This document shows positions 1 through 9,202 of a stretch of 64,000 nucleotides of DNA, piece by piece; within the stretch, counting starts at the first letter, position 1, and each line of letters starts with the position of its first letter. The stretch is from an uncultured delta proteobacterium. GTDB taxonomy: Bacteria; Desulfobacterota; Binatia; UBA9968. The stretch is taken from assembly GCA_963840855.1 (NCBI GenBank), contig CAWJBB010000084.1, forward strand, positions 1-64,000. Direction: 5' to 3'. A model generated the notes under the pieces. The model was not told the DNA's origin. It saw nothing but the letters and a program-made list of their open reading frames with translations, and did not search any database. The position numbers were made by a program, and so were the translations under genes.

Positions 1-166
1 CACATTTTTCCTGATCAGGGAGGAGATGTTTTTTTCATGATGCCTTGACCGCGAGTGAGAGAATTTCAGATTATGATAAGCCTCCGTAAGGGAGGCTTTT
101 CATTTTTAGGGGGAGGAAAAGGATGGGAGAGAAGGGAAAGGTTTCGCCGACCCCCTTCTCTCCGCG

Positions 167-652
167 ATGGGGCAAAGCCCCACACATCCGACAAACAAGA
201 TTCTGATACTCTTTGTGGAAGTGTGCGTCAAGACGTTGGTGGGACTGGGGCGCAAGTATCCCTGGGAGAAACCCGAGCGTTGTCCGAAGTGCAAGGGCGA
301 TCGGGTATGGGGGCACGGGTATGTGACGGCGTACTTTGATGAGGCGGGCAGTCAAAGTGTGTATCTGAAGCGCTATCGCTGTCCCGAGTGTCGAGTGGTG
401 ATGCGGCTGCGACCTTTGGGATACTGGAAAAGGATTCAGGCAGCGGTGGCGAAAGTGCGCCAGTGTTTGATGGATCGGCTTGAGCAGGGGCGCTGGCCCC
501 CCGGGAGTAACCCTCCGCGTCAGCGTCATTGGCTGCGCGCTTTGAAGCGCCAGGTTCGCACGCACCTCGGCATGAGCTATGAAGAGCGATTAGCGCAAGG
601 TTTTGCGGAGCTTTTACGCCGGGGGATCTGTGCGGTGAGCCGATCGGTTTAA
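167..652 (+). CDS. Zn-ribbon protein of the element (DUF6431-like); start uncertain
   Basis: CPKC...WGHG...RYRCPEC motifs; lies directly upstream of the transposase. Confidence 0.7.
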   Translation: MGQSPTHPTNKILILFVEVCVKTLVGLGRKYPWEKPERCPKCKGDRVWGHGYVTAYFDEAGSQSVYLKRYRCPECRVVMRLRPLGYWKRIQAAVAKVRQCLMDRLEQGRWPPGSNPPRQRHWLRALKRQVRTHLGMSYEERLAQGFAELLRRGICAVSRSV

Positions 653-755
653 TCTGGGGCGTTTAAAGGCCCTTGAACACCCTACCGAAAAGTTCTCTGT
701 TGCTGTCCTCATCGTTGGGCTACAGAGCGGGAAACAACTCACAAGGAGGTTTCCC

Positions 756-2057
756 GTGGATGAGGAGAAGAAAAAGCAAGTAGCGATCTTCCGTTTTGGC
801 GTGATCAGCGACTTTGTCAGCCCGACACGGTTGGGTTGGGGCGAGCGGGCGCGGCTTTTGGTGGAGAAGTGCGCCCGCCAGTGGCAGATCCCGTTCTCGA
901 CGCGCACCCGTCTTTCACCAGCAACGATCCGCTCTTGGATTCGCGCCTACGAGAAAGGCGGGCAGCGGCTCGAGGCGATCTATCCGCACAGCCGCAGCGA
1001 TCGAGGCGCGGGGCGTGCCCTGGATCAAGAGACCACCCTGGCGCTGATCGGGCTGCGCCGTGAGATGCCCAGCGCCACCGTGCGCAGCCTGATTCGCACC
1101 GCTCAGCAACGGGGCGTGGTCGATGGCGAAAAGCACTTGGCCGAAAGCACGGTGTGGCGACTGTTAACGCGTGAGGGATTGATGGAGCGCGGCGAACAGG
1201 CGGCGGTGGATCGGCGCCGCTTTGAGGCCGAACTCCCCAACGACATCTGGCAGTCCGACGTCATGCACGGCCCCGCGGTTCTCGCTCAGGGCAAAAACCG
1301 CAAGGCTTATCTGATCGCCTTTATCGATGACATGAGCCGGCTGATCTGCCATGCCCAGTTCTACTTAAGCGAGAATCTCAACTGTTATCTCGACGCTCTG
1401 CGCCAGGCCCTTTTAACCCGTGGCTTGCCGCGCAAACTTTACGTCGATAACGGCCCGGCGTTTCGTTCGTTTCACCTCCACCAGATCACCGCCTCCTTGG
1501 GCATTGCCCTGGTTCACGCCAGACCCTATCAGCCCCAGGGCAAAGGCAAGATCGAGCGCTTTTTCCGCACCGTGCGCAGCGATTTTCTCCCCGCTGCGCG
1601 CGCCCAAAGTCTTACCGATCTCAACCTGGCACTCGATTGCTGGCTCCGAGAGCTCTACCATAACCGGGAGCACAAAAGCACCGGGCAAACCCCGCTGGCA
1701 CGCTATGCCGCCCATTGCGAGTGTGTGCGCGGCGCGCCTAAAGATCTCCCAGATCACTTCCGTCAACAGGCCCGCCGCCGGGTTGCCAAAGACCGCACCG
1801 TCTCGCTGGCGGGGCGCCTCTATGAATCTCCCATCGCGCTTATCGGCAAGCAGATCATCCTACTCTATCACGCCCACGATCTTGCCCGCATCGAAGCTCG
1901 CTTCGAGGGTAAATCCTACGGCATGCTTACCGTCGTGGACCTAAACGTCAACTGCCGCGTCCAGCGCGAAAAGGATACTCTCAAAATCCACACCCAACCC
2001 CGGGCTCTAAGCGGCGGCAAGCTCCCCTTTGCAGGGAAAAAGGAGGAACCGCGATGA
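756..2057 (+). CDS. DDE-type integrase/transposase (HTH + rve core + Mu-transposase C-terminal-like domain)
   Basis: WQSDVMHG, FIDDMSR, LYVDNG and GKGKIERFFRT motifs; AGGAGG RBS before the GTG start. Confidence 0.93.
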   Translation: MDEEKKKQVAIFRFGVISDFVSPTRLGWGERARLLVEKCARQWQIPFSTRTRLSPATIRSWIRAYEKGGQRLEAIYPHSRSDRGAGRALDQETTLALIGLRREMPSATVRSLIRTAQQRGVVDGEKHLAESTVWRLLTREGLMERGEQAAVDRRRFEAELPNDIWQSDVMHGPAVLAQGKNRKAYLIAFIDDMSRLICHAQFYLSENLNCYLDALRQALLTRGLPRKLYVDNGPAFRSFHLHQITASLGIALVHARPYQPQGKGKIERFFRTVRSDFLPAARAQSLTDLNLALDCWLRELYHNREHKSTGQTPLARYAAHCECVRGAPKDLPDHFRQQARRRVAKDRTVSLAGRLYESPIALIGKQIILLYHAHDLARIEARFEGKSYGMLTVVDLNVNCRVQREKDTLKIHTQPRALSGGKLPFAGKKEEPR

Positions 2058-2866
2058 CGCGCCATCCCTTGTATCGCAGCTTCTTCGGCTTTATGCGCGA
2101 ACCCTTCTCCATCGAGTTAAACGCCGAGGAAATCTTTACCACCCCCGCGCTCTCGGACTTTACCGAGCGCTTTGATTATGTGCTGCGGCTGGGCGCCATC
2201 GGCCTTTTGACCGGTGAGGTCGGCGCGGGGAAATCCACCGCGCTGCGCTTTGCCGCAAGCCGTCTTCATCCCTCGCAGTTCCATCCCCTTTGGATCACCG
2301 CCTGTGCCGGCTCGATTCTGGAGACCTACCGCCAACTGGCCGCCGCCCTCGATGTCGAGACCAAAAGCTTTTCCCGAGCCGCGCTTACCCGCATCATTCG
2401 CCATGCTATTGTCGAGCTCGTCAACAAGAAAATCCAACCGCTCCTCATCATCGATGAGGCAAGCCTGCTCAGACTCGATGTCTTCGCCGAACTCCATACC
2501 CTTTGCCAGTTCGATGCCGACTCCAAACCCCATCTGCCCGTGATCCTCTCAGGCCAAAATAACCTTCTCGATCTGCTCCAGTACCGCTCCTCCTTGCCGC
2601 TGGCTTCCCGCATCGTCGCCAGAAGCCATCTCGAAGGAATCGACACCGAGCAGATGCAACTTTACCTCGCCCACCACCTCAGTATCGCCGGAGTGAAAAC
2701 TCAGCTCTTCTCACAGCCGGCCATCACCGCCATCCAGCAAGGCTCGGCCGGCCTACTTCGAAGAGCCAACCACCTCGCCCGCGGCGCTCTGATCGCCGCT
2801 GCCAATGAAAAATGCCAGCAAGTCGCCGCTGAACATGTCAGACTCGCGGCTACCGAATTGGTGTAG
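2054..2866 (+). CDS. ExeA-family AAA ATPase (transposition helper)
   Basis: Walker A GEVGAGKS, Walker B LLIIDEA; ATGA overlap with the transposase stop. Confidence 0.9.
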   Translation: MTRHPLYRSFFGFMREPFSIELNAEEIFTTPALSDFTERFDYVLRLGAIGLLTGEVGAGKSTALRFAASRLHPSQFHPLWITACAGSILETYRQLAAALDVETKSFSRAALTRIIRHAIVELVNKKIQPLLIIDEASLLRLDVFAELHTLCQFDADSKPHLPVILSGQNNLLDLLQYRSSLPLASRIVARSHLEGIDTEQMQLYLAHHLSIAGVKTQLFSQPAITAIQQGSAGLLRRANHLARGALIAAANEKCQQVAAEHVRLAATELV

Positions 2867-2870
2867 ATAA

Positions 2871-2901
2871 AAATGCCGGGACGGCCACCCGCCCCGGCAT
2901 T
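2871..2901 (+). terminator. Hairpin after the ATPase gene (probable terminator)
   Basis: AATGCCGGG...CCCGGCATT inverted repeat just after the stop codon. Confidence 0.45.
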
Positions 2902-2977
2902 CCTTCTATTCACATGAATCAAAATAATCAGCAAGAAATTGTCAGTTTAATGTGAAAGCCAACAGCAGGAGGGAGCT

Positions 2978-5442
2978 ATGTTGGTGCGCATGACGACGTT
3001 TCGTTTCTCGCCAGACGCGACTTCAGGGCGGGCGTCGCCCCTGTCTCAATCACGATGGGGGACTTCAATGGCGATGGCCGCTCGATCTGGCCACGGCGAA
3101 TGTCAATTCCAACACGGTCTCCATCCTGCTAGGGCAGGGCGATGGCACCTTCCTCGCCGCTCGGGACGGTCGCGGTGGACGACTTTCCCTAGCTCCATCA
3201 CAGTGGGGGACTTCAATGCCGATGGCCACCTCGATCTGGTGACGTCCAATCCTGGGTTACCAATACGGTCTCTATCGTGTTGGGGCAGGGCGATGGCACT
3301 TTCCGGTCCGCCCGGGACGTTGCGGTGGGGGCCTTCCCCGTTCTCCGTCACGGTGGGGGACTTCAATGCCGATGGTCGCGCCGATCTGGCCACTGCCAAT
3401 CTCGATGACAGCACCGTGTCCGTTCTGCTGGGCCAGGGCGATGGCACCTTCCAGGCCGCGCAAGCCGTCGGGGTCGAAGGTGGACCTATCTCTGTCACGG
3501 TAGGCGACTTCAATGCCGATGGCCACCTCGATTGGCCACCACCAGTAGCGGGTCCAGACACCGTTTCCATTCTGCTGGGCAGGGGCAACGGCACTTTCCG
3601 GCCTGCCCAAGCCTTCGCGGTGGAAGGTGGGCCTTTCTCCATCACGGTGGGGGACTTCAACGTCGATGGCCGGGCTCGATCTGGCCGTGGCTCTGTGCCA
3701 GCCCATCGTCTCCATTTGCTGGGCCTGGGCAATGGCGACTTCCAGCACACCAACATCGCAATGGGATCGCGCCCATACTTCATCACGGTGGGGGACTTCA
3801 ATGCCGATGGTCGCCTCGATCTGGCCACCGCTAATATCTTTTCCGGTAATGTTTCTATTCTAGTGGGCCTGGGCGATGGCAACTTCCGGCCCGCGCAAGA
3901 CGTTGGGGTGGGAGATAGCCCTCGCTCCATCACGGTGGGGGACTTCAATGCCGATGGCCGCCTCGATCTGGCCACCGCCAATTCCTCAGTCGACAGCGTC
4001 TCCAGCCTGCTGGGGCGGGGCGATGGCACCTTCCTGACCGCGCCAAGCCTTCGCGGTGGAAGGTGGGGCCTTTCTCTATCACGGTGGGGGACTTCAATGG
4101 CGATGGCCGCCCCGATCTCGGCCACCGCCAATTTCAGGTCCAACACCGGGTCTATCCTGCTGGGCCAAGGCGATGGCACGTTCCTCGCCGCCCCGGACGT
4201 CACGGTAGGAACCAACCCTATCTTCGTCACAGTGGGGGAACTCATACGCCGATAGTCGCCCCGATCTGGCCGTGGCCAATTTCAGGTTCCAACACCGTCT
4301 CTATCCTGCTGGGCCAAGGCGATGGCACGTTCCTCGCCGCCCCGGACATCCACGGTGGGAGGCACTCCCCTCTCCGTCACAGTGGGGGACTTTAACACCG
4401 ATGGCCGCCCTGGATCTGGCCATCACTAGTGAGGGGATCAGCACCGTCTCCACTCGTGCTAGGTCAGGGCGATGGCACGTTCCTCGCCGCTCCCGGACAT
4501 CCACGGTGGGAGCTTTCAACCCTGCATCTGTCACGGGTGCAGGGGGACTTCAATGCCGATGGCCACCCCGATCTGGCCACCGCCGATTTCACGGGGCAGC
4601 ACTGTCTCCACTCGTACTGGGGCAAGGTGATGGCACTTTCCGACCCGCCAAGACTTTGGGGTGGGATTCGAGCCTATCTCCCATTACAATGGGGGACTTC
4701 AATACCGATGGTCGCCCTGATCTGGCCACAGCCAATTTCAGAGGCAACGGCGTCTCCATTTTGCTCGGCGAGGGCGATGGCACCTTCCAGAGCCGCCCCG
4801 GATGTCGGGGTGGGAGCCGAGCCTAACTCCACCACAGTGGGTGACTTTAACGTCGACGGCCACCAAGATGTGGCCGTGGCCAATACTTCCAAAACCGTTT
4901 CCATTTGCTGGGCCAGGGCGATGGCACCTTCCAGAGCGCGCAGGATTTCGGCGTGGGAGCCGGGCCTGTCTCCATCACGGTGGGCGACTTCAATGGCGAT
5001 GGCCACCAAGATCTGGCCACCGCTAATCCTCTTCCAACACAGTCTCCATTCTGCTCAACACCTCGCCCACCGTGGTGAACACTCTGGTCTCCTTTGTCCC
5101 CTTGCCTGAGACGTTTGAGACCTCCCCAGACCCTGCGGGCTGCCCAGCCGGCTTTGTTGGGACAAATTCCGCTTTGAAGCTCGACTGACGAACCAGCCAA
5201 CCAGTCCCCCGCTGGCGGCCCTGATGGTCCTGGTCACCACCCTTACGAACGGCAACCTGCTGCAGAATGCCGAGGGTGGGCCGACCGGCGCCGGTGCCAA
5301 ATTACTCGCTCCACGGATGCAGGGGTTTGCCGATGGTCTAATGAGTCCTGGGGAGGTGGTTGAGGTGCCCTTTGTCATCTGTTTACGACAGAGGGCGCCG
5401 TTTCAACTATTTGTAGATGTGTTGGGCATCCAAGAAGAATGA
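2978..5442 (+). pseudogene. FG-GAP/VCBS-repeat beta-propeller protein with about 14 repeats plus a C-terminal domain; multiply frameshifted (decay or sequencing indels)
   Basis: The V-G-D-F-N-x-D-G-x-x-D-L-A-T-A-N...LLGQGDGTF motif recurs about every 147 bp from 3055 to 5030 across changing frames. GGAGG RBS before ATG 2978; C-terminal ORF 5224-5442. Confidence 0.85.
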
Positions 5443-5551
5443 AGATTCTGCTGAAGCCCTGGGGTGAATGACATGAATGCGAACCATGCTGTTAACCTCT
5501 CGCCGTTTGATGCATTGCTGAAACGAAGTTGAATAATGAAAAGCACACGGA

Positions 5552-6701
5552 TCAGAACGTTTTTCGGAACAAAGGTCGGAGAAACTTTAGGCCTTCAAAG
5601 CCTCCATGTGCCGACAGCAACAATGCAGTTTTGAGACGGGCAGGTAGCCTCAGGTATGCAAGATACAGCGCACATGGCATGCGCTCACGTATACGTTCTC
5701 GGAGTTTAAGGTAAAAGGCCGGGTCGTTGACAGCCGAGAGCTGGGCGTGATGTTGGGCAAAGAGCCGTGTCTGCACCTTGGTAGCGAGCCGGGGCACCAC
5801 AGGATCACGCGTTTATTTCTTTCCAAACCTCCTTTGGCAGTTCGGCGTCCAATAGCACATGCGCCAGGAACAAACCCAGAAAGAGTATCCGCCTTCCGCC
5901 TAATTGCTTTGCCTGTAGGAGGATGGCTGTCCATTTCAGTCCTGGGTGAACGCGAAGCAATTCAGCCACATCGCAGATCCAGCCGAGCCTGCTCCAATAG
6001 TGCTTCGCACCATGCACGCACAGGATCAGGAGCAGGTCTTCGGGTGCTAGGGTACGGACCGGTGTGTCCTCAAGTGATCCTGTCTCAAGGCGTTCCCACA
6101 AGTGTGCTGGATTAAGGGGAAAAAAGAAAGTCCACGAGGTGATGGCCCAGTGCAGCTCCACAAGGATCTTTTCATCCTGACGCACCAGTTCATACACCTT
6201 GCGAGCGCGATGAAACGCCGCTGCGTGCGCGGCAGAAATCTGAGTGAGGCGCCGGTAACCGTTAGAAAGCAGTATTTCTCTCGCGCGTTCAGCATCCTGC
6301 TCGCGGATCAAGATGTCCAGGTCACCAAACTGTCGAAGCGCCAGATTTCCGTAAACGGACGCAGCCAAAACAGGCCCTTTGAAAGGCAGGGCGGGAATGC
6401 CGTCCGTTTCGAGGAGTCGCAGGAGTTTCAGCAGTTCCCTTGCGAGCAGCGTATTGTGTGCGGCGTTAGCATAGAAGGCAGCTCGAAGCTGCTCAAGGAA
6501 AACTTTGGGTACAGCGTCCGGGCAGGTGCTACTCAGGCTGCGGTACAGCAGCGGCATCACGCCATGGCTTAGTGCTGTCTGGAGCAAAGCGGACCAGTCG
6601 ATGTCGTCCCGGAGGAGCGATCTAATCCGCGCAGCACTGTCAGCGTCCATAGTAGTTCGGGCGCAACAGAGCAGCAGGTCTTTTTCAGCGTCAATAAGCA
6701 C
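5552..6701 (-). CDS. Nucleotidyltransferase family protein (NTP_transf_5-like, as in RiPP/lasso clusters); one frameshift near 5805
   Basis: LPFKGPVLA...LRQFGDLDILI, VELHW and HGAKHYWSRLGWICD motifs. ORF 5805-6701 continues in ORF 5552-5800 after an apparent 1-nt indel. Confidence 0.85.
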
Positions 6702-6712
6702 AACGGGACTTT

Positions 6713-6994
6713 CTAAACCAACACTTCCACAAGCTGCTGTTGCGACAGCTCGTCAACAAGAGCAAGTACGCTGCGGTTAGCCTGCTCTGCCTCCACCGCG
6801 AACTCAGTCTGGAGACGTGCACTGATCTCCTTTAGCGACAGGTCTTCTTTTATCCCCTGCCAGATTCGTCCGCCCGTGAGGTTTAGGCTGAAGTAAAGTT
6901 TGCTTTTTAGATGAAGTAGAACAATCTCGTCTTCATCGAGCTTAGTGTCAACCACATCTGGATGAAGTCGAAGTTTCTGATCCAATGTCGTCAT
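6713..6994 (-). CDS. PqqD-family RiPP recognition element (RRE; lasso B1-like)
   Basis: 93 aa with EIVLLHLKSKLYFSLNLTGGRIWQ...ISARLQTEFAVE, the typical RRE pattern; AGGAGG RBS. Confidence 0.9.
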   Translation of the reverse strand: MTTLDQKLRLHPDVVDTKLDEDEIVLLHLKSKLYFSLNLTGGRIWQGIKEDLSLKEISARLQTEFAVEAEQANRSVLALVDELSQQQLVEVLV

Positions 6995-7054
6995 GAATCC
7001 TCCTTATCCCGCCAGGCCGTCGGACTTTTCACGCTTGACCGAAGAAAAAATCTT

Positions 7055-8017
7055 TTACCAACTCGGCGCTTCATGCACCTTGCCTAAATACTTCACACAG
7101 TACCAGCACGGAAAATGATCCAGCTCACTGAACTCACCGCGATTGACCTTGTCATGCTTGTCGGCCAGGTACGTTGCCACGTTTTGCTGGAAACGCTCGC
7201 AAGCATTAGCGAGACTTACCTCGTGAAGATTTCCCATAACATCCGTTCCTTGATTGACTCCGGCATAGCCGGAAAGATGACAACATAGAGTGAGATTCCC
7301 GCGGTAATCGAGATTAAACTCCTTTAGTTCCAGTGGAGCGCAGGGAAAGAAAGGTGACTCGCTGAAATATCCAGGAGCCATGCCCACCGGAACGGCAGCA
7401 CTCTTTTGCAAACGCCAGATCTCCGCTTCCACTGCGCGGCGCTCTTGCGGAGATAGATCCAGCCCGCGCACGGCTGTTTCGTGCGTTGGCATCAAGTGAC
7501 CAAAACGAACTCCACCGCTGCCCAGCCGCTCCGCGAGCCAGACCATCTCGGCGATCTCATGCCGGTTCTGCGCCGTGAGAACCATGTTGAGAGTGAAAGG
7601 CAGGTCTTTAAAAACGCAGATACTCGCCGCCCGCATCACATGCCGGTACGAACCCTTGCCACGGAGTCTGTCATGCGTTTCTTCGCGCGCCCCGTCGAGG
7701 CTGAAGGTCACGCCGGTAAACCACTGACGGTGCAGAAGGAGCAATGGATAAACATGAGGAAAGTTCATGCCGTTGCTAACGAAGCTGAAGGTGTAGCCCG
7801 CCTCACAGACCCGTGAAATGATTTCGTCAAACTGGCGGTGAATGGTTGGTTCTCCCCCGGTAAAGGCCAGGTGGTCGATACCGCAGCCTTTTCCCTCCGA
7901 TAGCACTTTTTCAAAAATTTCTAGCGACAGATCTCCAGTGGCAGCATGCCGCTCTTCAAAGCAATGCTGGCAGCGCAAGTTACAGCGGTTGGTTAGCTCG
8001 ATTACGAGGCGGGCCAT
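7055..8017 (-). CDS. Radical SAM enzyme with a SPASM/twitch-like C-terminus
   Basis: CNLRCQHC (CxxxCxxC), FTGGEP and SLDG motifs; C-terminal C-x13-G-x4-CC and CWYC. Confidence 0.92.
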   Translation of the reverse strand: MARLVIELTNRCNLRCQHCFEERHAATGDLSLEIFEKVLSEGKGCGIDHLAFTGGEPTIHRQFDEIISRVCEAGYTFSFVSNGMNFPHVYPLLLLHRQWFTGVTFSLDGAREETHDRLRGKGSYRHVMRAASICVFKDLPFTLNMVLTAQNRHEIAEMVWLAERLGSGGVRFGHLMPTHETAVRGLDLSPQERRAVEAEIWRLQKSAAVPVGMAPGYFSESPFFPCAPLELKEFNLDYRGNLTLCCHLSGYAGVNQGTDVMGNLHEVSLANACERFQQNVATYLADKHDKVNRGEFSELDHFPCWYCVKYLGKVHEAPSW

Positions 8018-8994
8018 CTCCGTGCTCCTTCAGCTTCGTTCAGGAGACGCATTAACATCATCGGATCACGGAAGAGATCGAGTCCTGCCCGGAGTTCATA
8101 AGCCGCGGTCTGCTGCACCAATCTCTTGAGGACTTCCAGGTGCCGAGTCATCGTGGCTTTGTCAAACAGTTGCGGGCCACTTCCGGCTAGCAAGCGCCGG
8201 AGGACGTCGATTCGATCGATGGGAAGCAAGCTGCTTTGCGCCTGTGGAACGATGCGGGAAAAGAGCAACACGTGCGGGAGACATTGTCCTAGATGCTGCC
8301 CAGTATAGGCACCTTCGAGATGAACTCGTCTCCTTTGCCTCCCGGCAGTATCGGGGACCTCCTCGCCTAGAGGAAGCTCGCCAGAGGATGGCGCCTGATC
8401 GGCGTCAATATAGAAGTGCTTACGTAATGCCAAGGCTTCTACTTTTTCCGCCTGAGAGCGTAGAAGCACGGCATCATCCGAGAGATAGCGCCACCCGTGG
8501 CGAATCAACCCGATTGCTAATGTCGACTTGCCACTGCCGGATGGGCCGACAATCAGGAGGCCCAGTCCTTCTTTTGCAACGACTGCCGCGGCATGGAGAC
8601 TGTAGAGTCCCAAGGGCCGGAGAAGTTTCAGCAGGCCGAATGCCCAAAAATTACTTTGGAGGAGTGGGTGTTTGGTAAAAAAGGAAGGAGCGATAGATGC
8701 CGTTCCCTGCCCCTGCCCAGGTTGGAGGTACAGGAGTGAGGAACCGTCGGTGAGATAGAAGTCGTCCCCGCTTACAAGGGCGGAGAAGCCATCTGCTCGG
8801 AACAGTTCGCGAGCCCATGGAGGGGCTCTCAATCCATTACTGCGAAGCCCGACGGAAAGACGAAGAGACGGCGTCACTGGGCAAGGCACTTTTACCCAGG
8901 ACAGCTCCTCGAGAAGCTCCGCTAAATTACTGAATGTGTTCTCACAATCGTGCAATACCTCTAGAGTGAGATCACGAAAGGCGAAAAGAGCCAT
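8002..8994 (-). CDS. HPr kinase-related P-loop kinase
   Basis: LHAAAV...GPSGSGKSTLA...YLSDD, the HprK-like signature; overlaps the rSAM start by 16 nt. Confidence 0.88.
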   Translation of the reverse strand: MALFAFRDLTLEVLHDCENTFSNLAELLEELSWVKVPCPVTPSLRLSVGLRSNGLRAPPWARELFRADGFSALVSGDDFYLTDGSSLLYLQPGQGQGTASIAPSFFTKHPLLQSNFWAFGLLKLLRPLGLYSLHAAAVVAKEGLGLLIVGPSGSGKSTLAIGLIRHGWRYLSDDAVLLRSQAEKVEALALRKHFYIDADQAPSSGELPLGEEVPDTAGRQRRRVHLEGAYTGQHLGQCLPHVLLFSRIVPQAQSSLLPIDRIDVLRRLLAGSGPQLFDKATMTRHLEVLKRLVQQTAAYELRAGLDLFRDPMMLMRLLNEAEGARRWPAS

Positions 8995-9004
8995 TTACCA
9001 CTTC

Positions 9005-9202
9005 CTAAGAAGACCCTTTCACTCCGGGGGGCGTGAAGCCGCCAAAGAAGCCTTGCCCGGTAATCTCTTCGAGTGATCCGTGCTTGGTCAATTTAGGCTC
9101 GACAAAAGCGAGCTTCGGCTCCTCCCAGGGTTTCTTATCCACTGTCGGAGCAGGTTCTTGCTCGTTAGGTTGTGCTGACAGCGGGAGTTTCTTCTCGTCC
9201 AT
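9005..9202 (-). CDS. RiPP precursor peptide, 65 aa, with a lasso-type leader (MDEKK...PWEEPKLAFVEPKLTKHGSLEEITG-QGFFGGFTPPGVKGSS)
   Basis: GAGGAGG RBS 5 nt before ATG 9202. Aromatic-x-x-P-x-L motifs and G-x5-T near the leader end. Lies between the B2 peptidase and the kinase. Confidence 0.85.
   Translation of the reverse strand: MDEKKLPLSAQPNEQEPAPTVDKKPWEEPKLAFVEPKLTKHGSLEEITGQGFFGGFTPPGVKGSS

Larger units (their letters stand above)
1..2964 (+). mobile_element. Three-gene insertion element (Cys-rich ORF + DDE/Mu-like transposase + ExeA/IstB-like AAA ATPase); left end lies just outside the window
   Basis: Three co-oriented ORFs. The right end reads ...ATGTGAAAGCCAACA (ends 2964; reverse complement TGTTGGCTTTCACATT). 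The window starts with CACATT, matching the inner part of that terminal repeat. Confidence 0.8.

Noticed and set aside
3050-5030. About 147-bp periodic repeats as a CRISPR array or DGR template/variable repeats
   Set aside because: The repeats are protein-coding FG-GAP units with codon-level variation. No cas or reverse transcriptase gene lies in the window.
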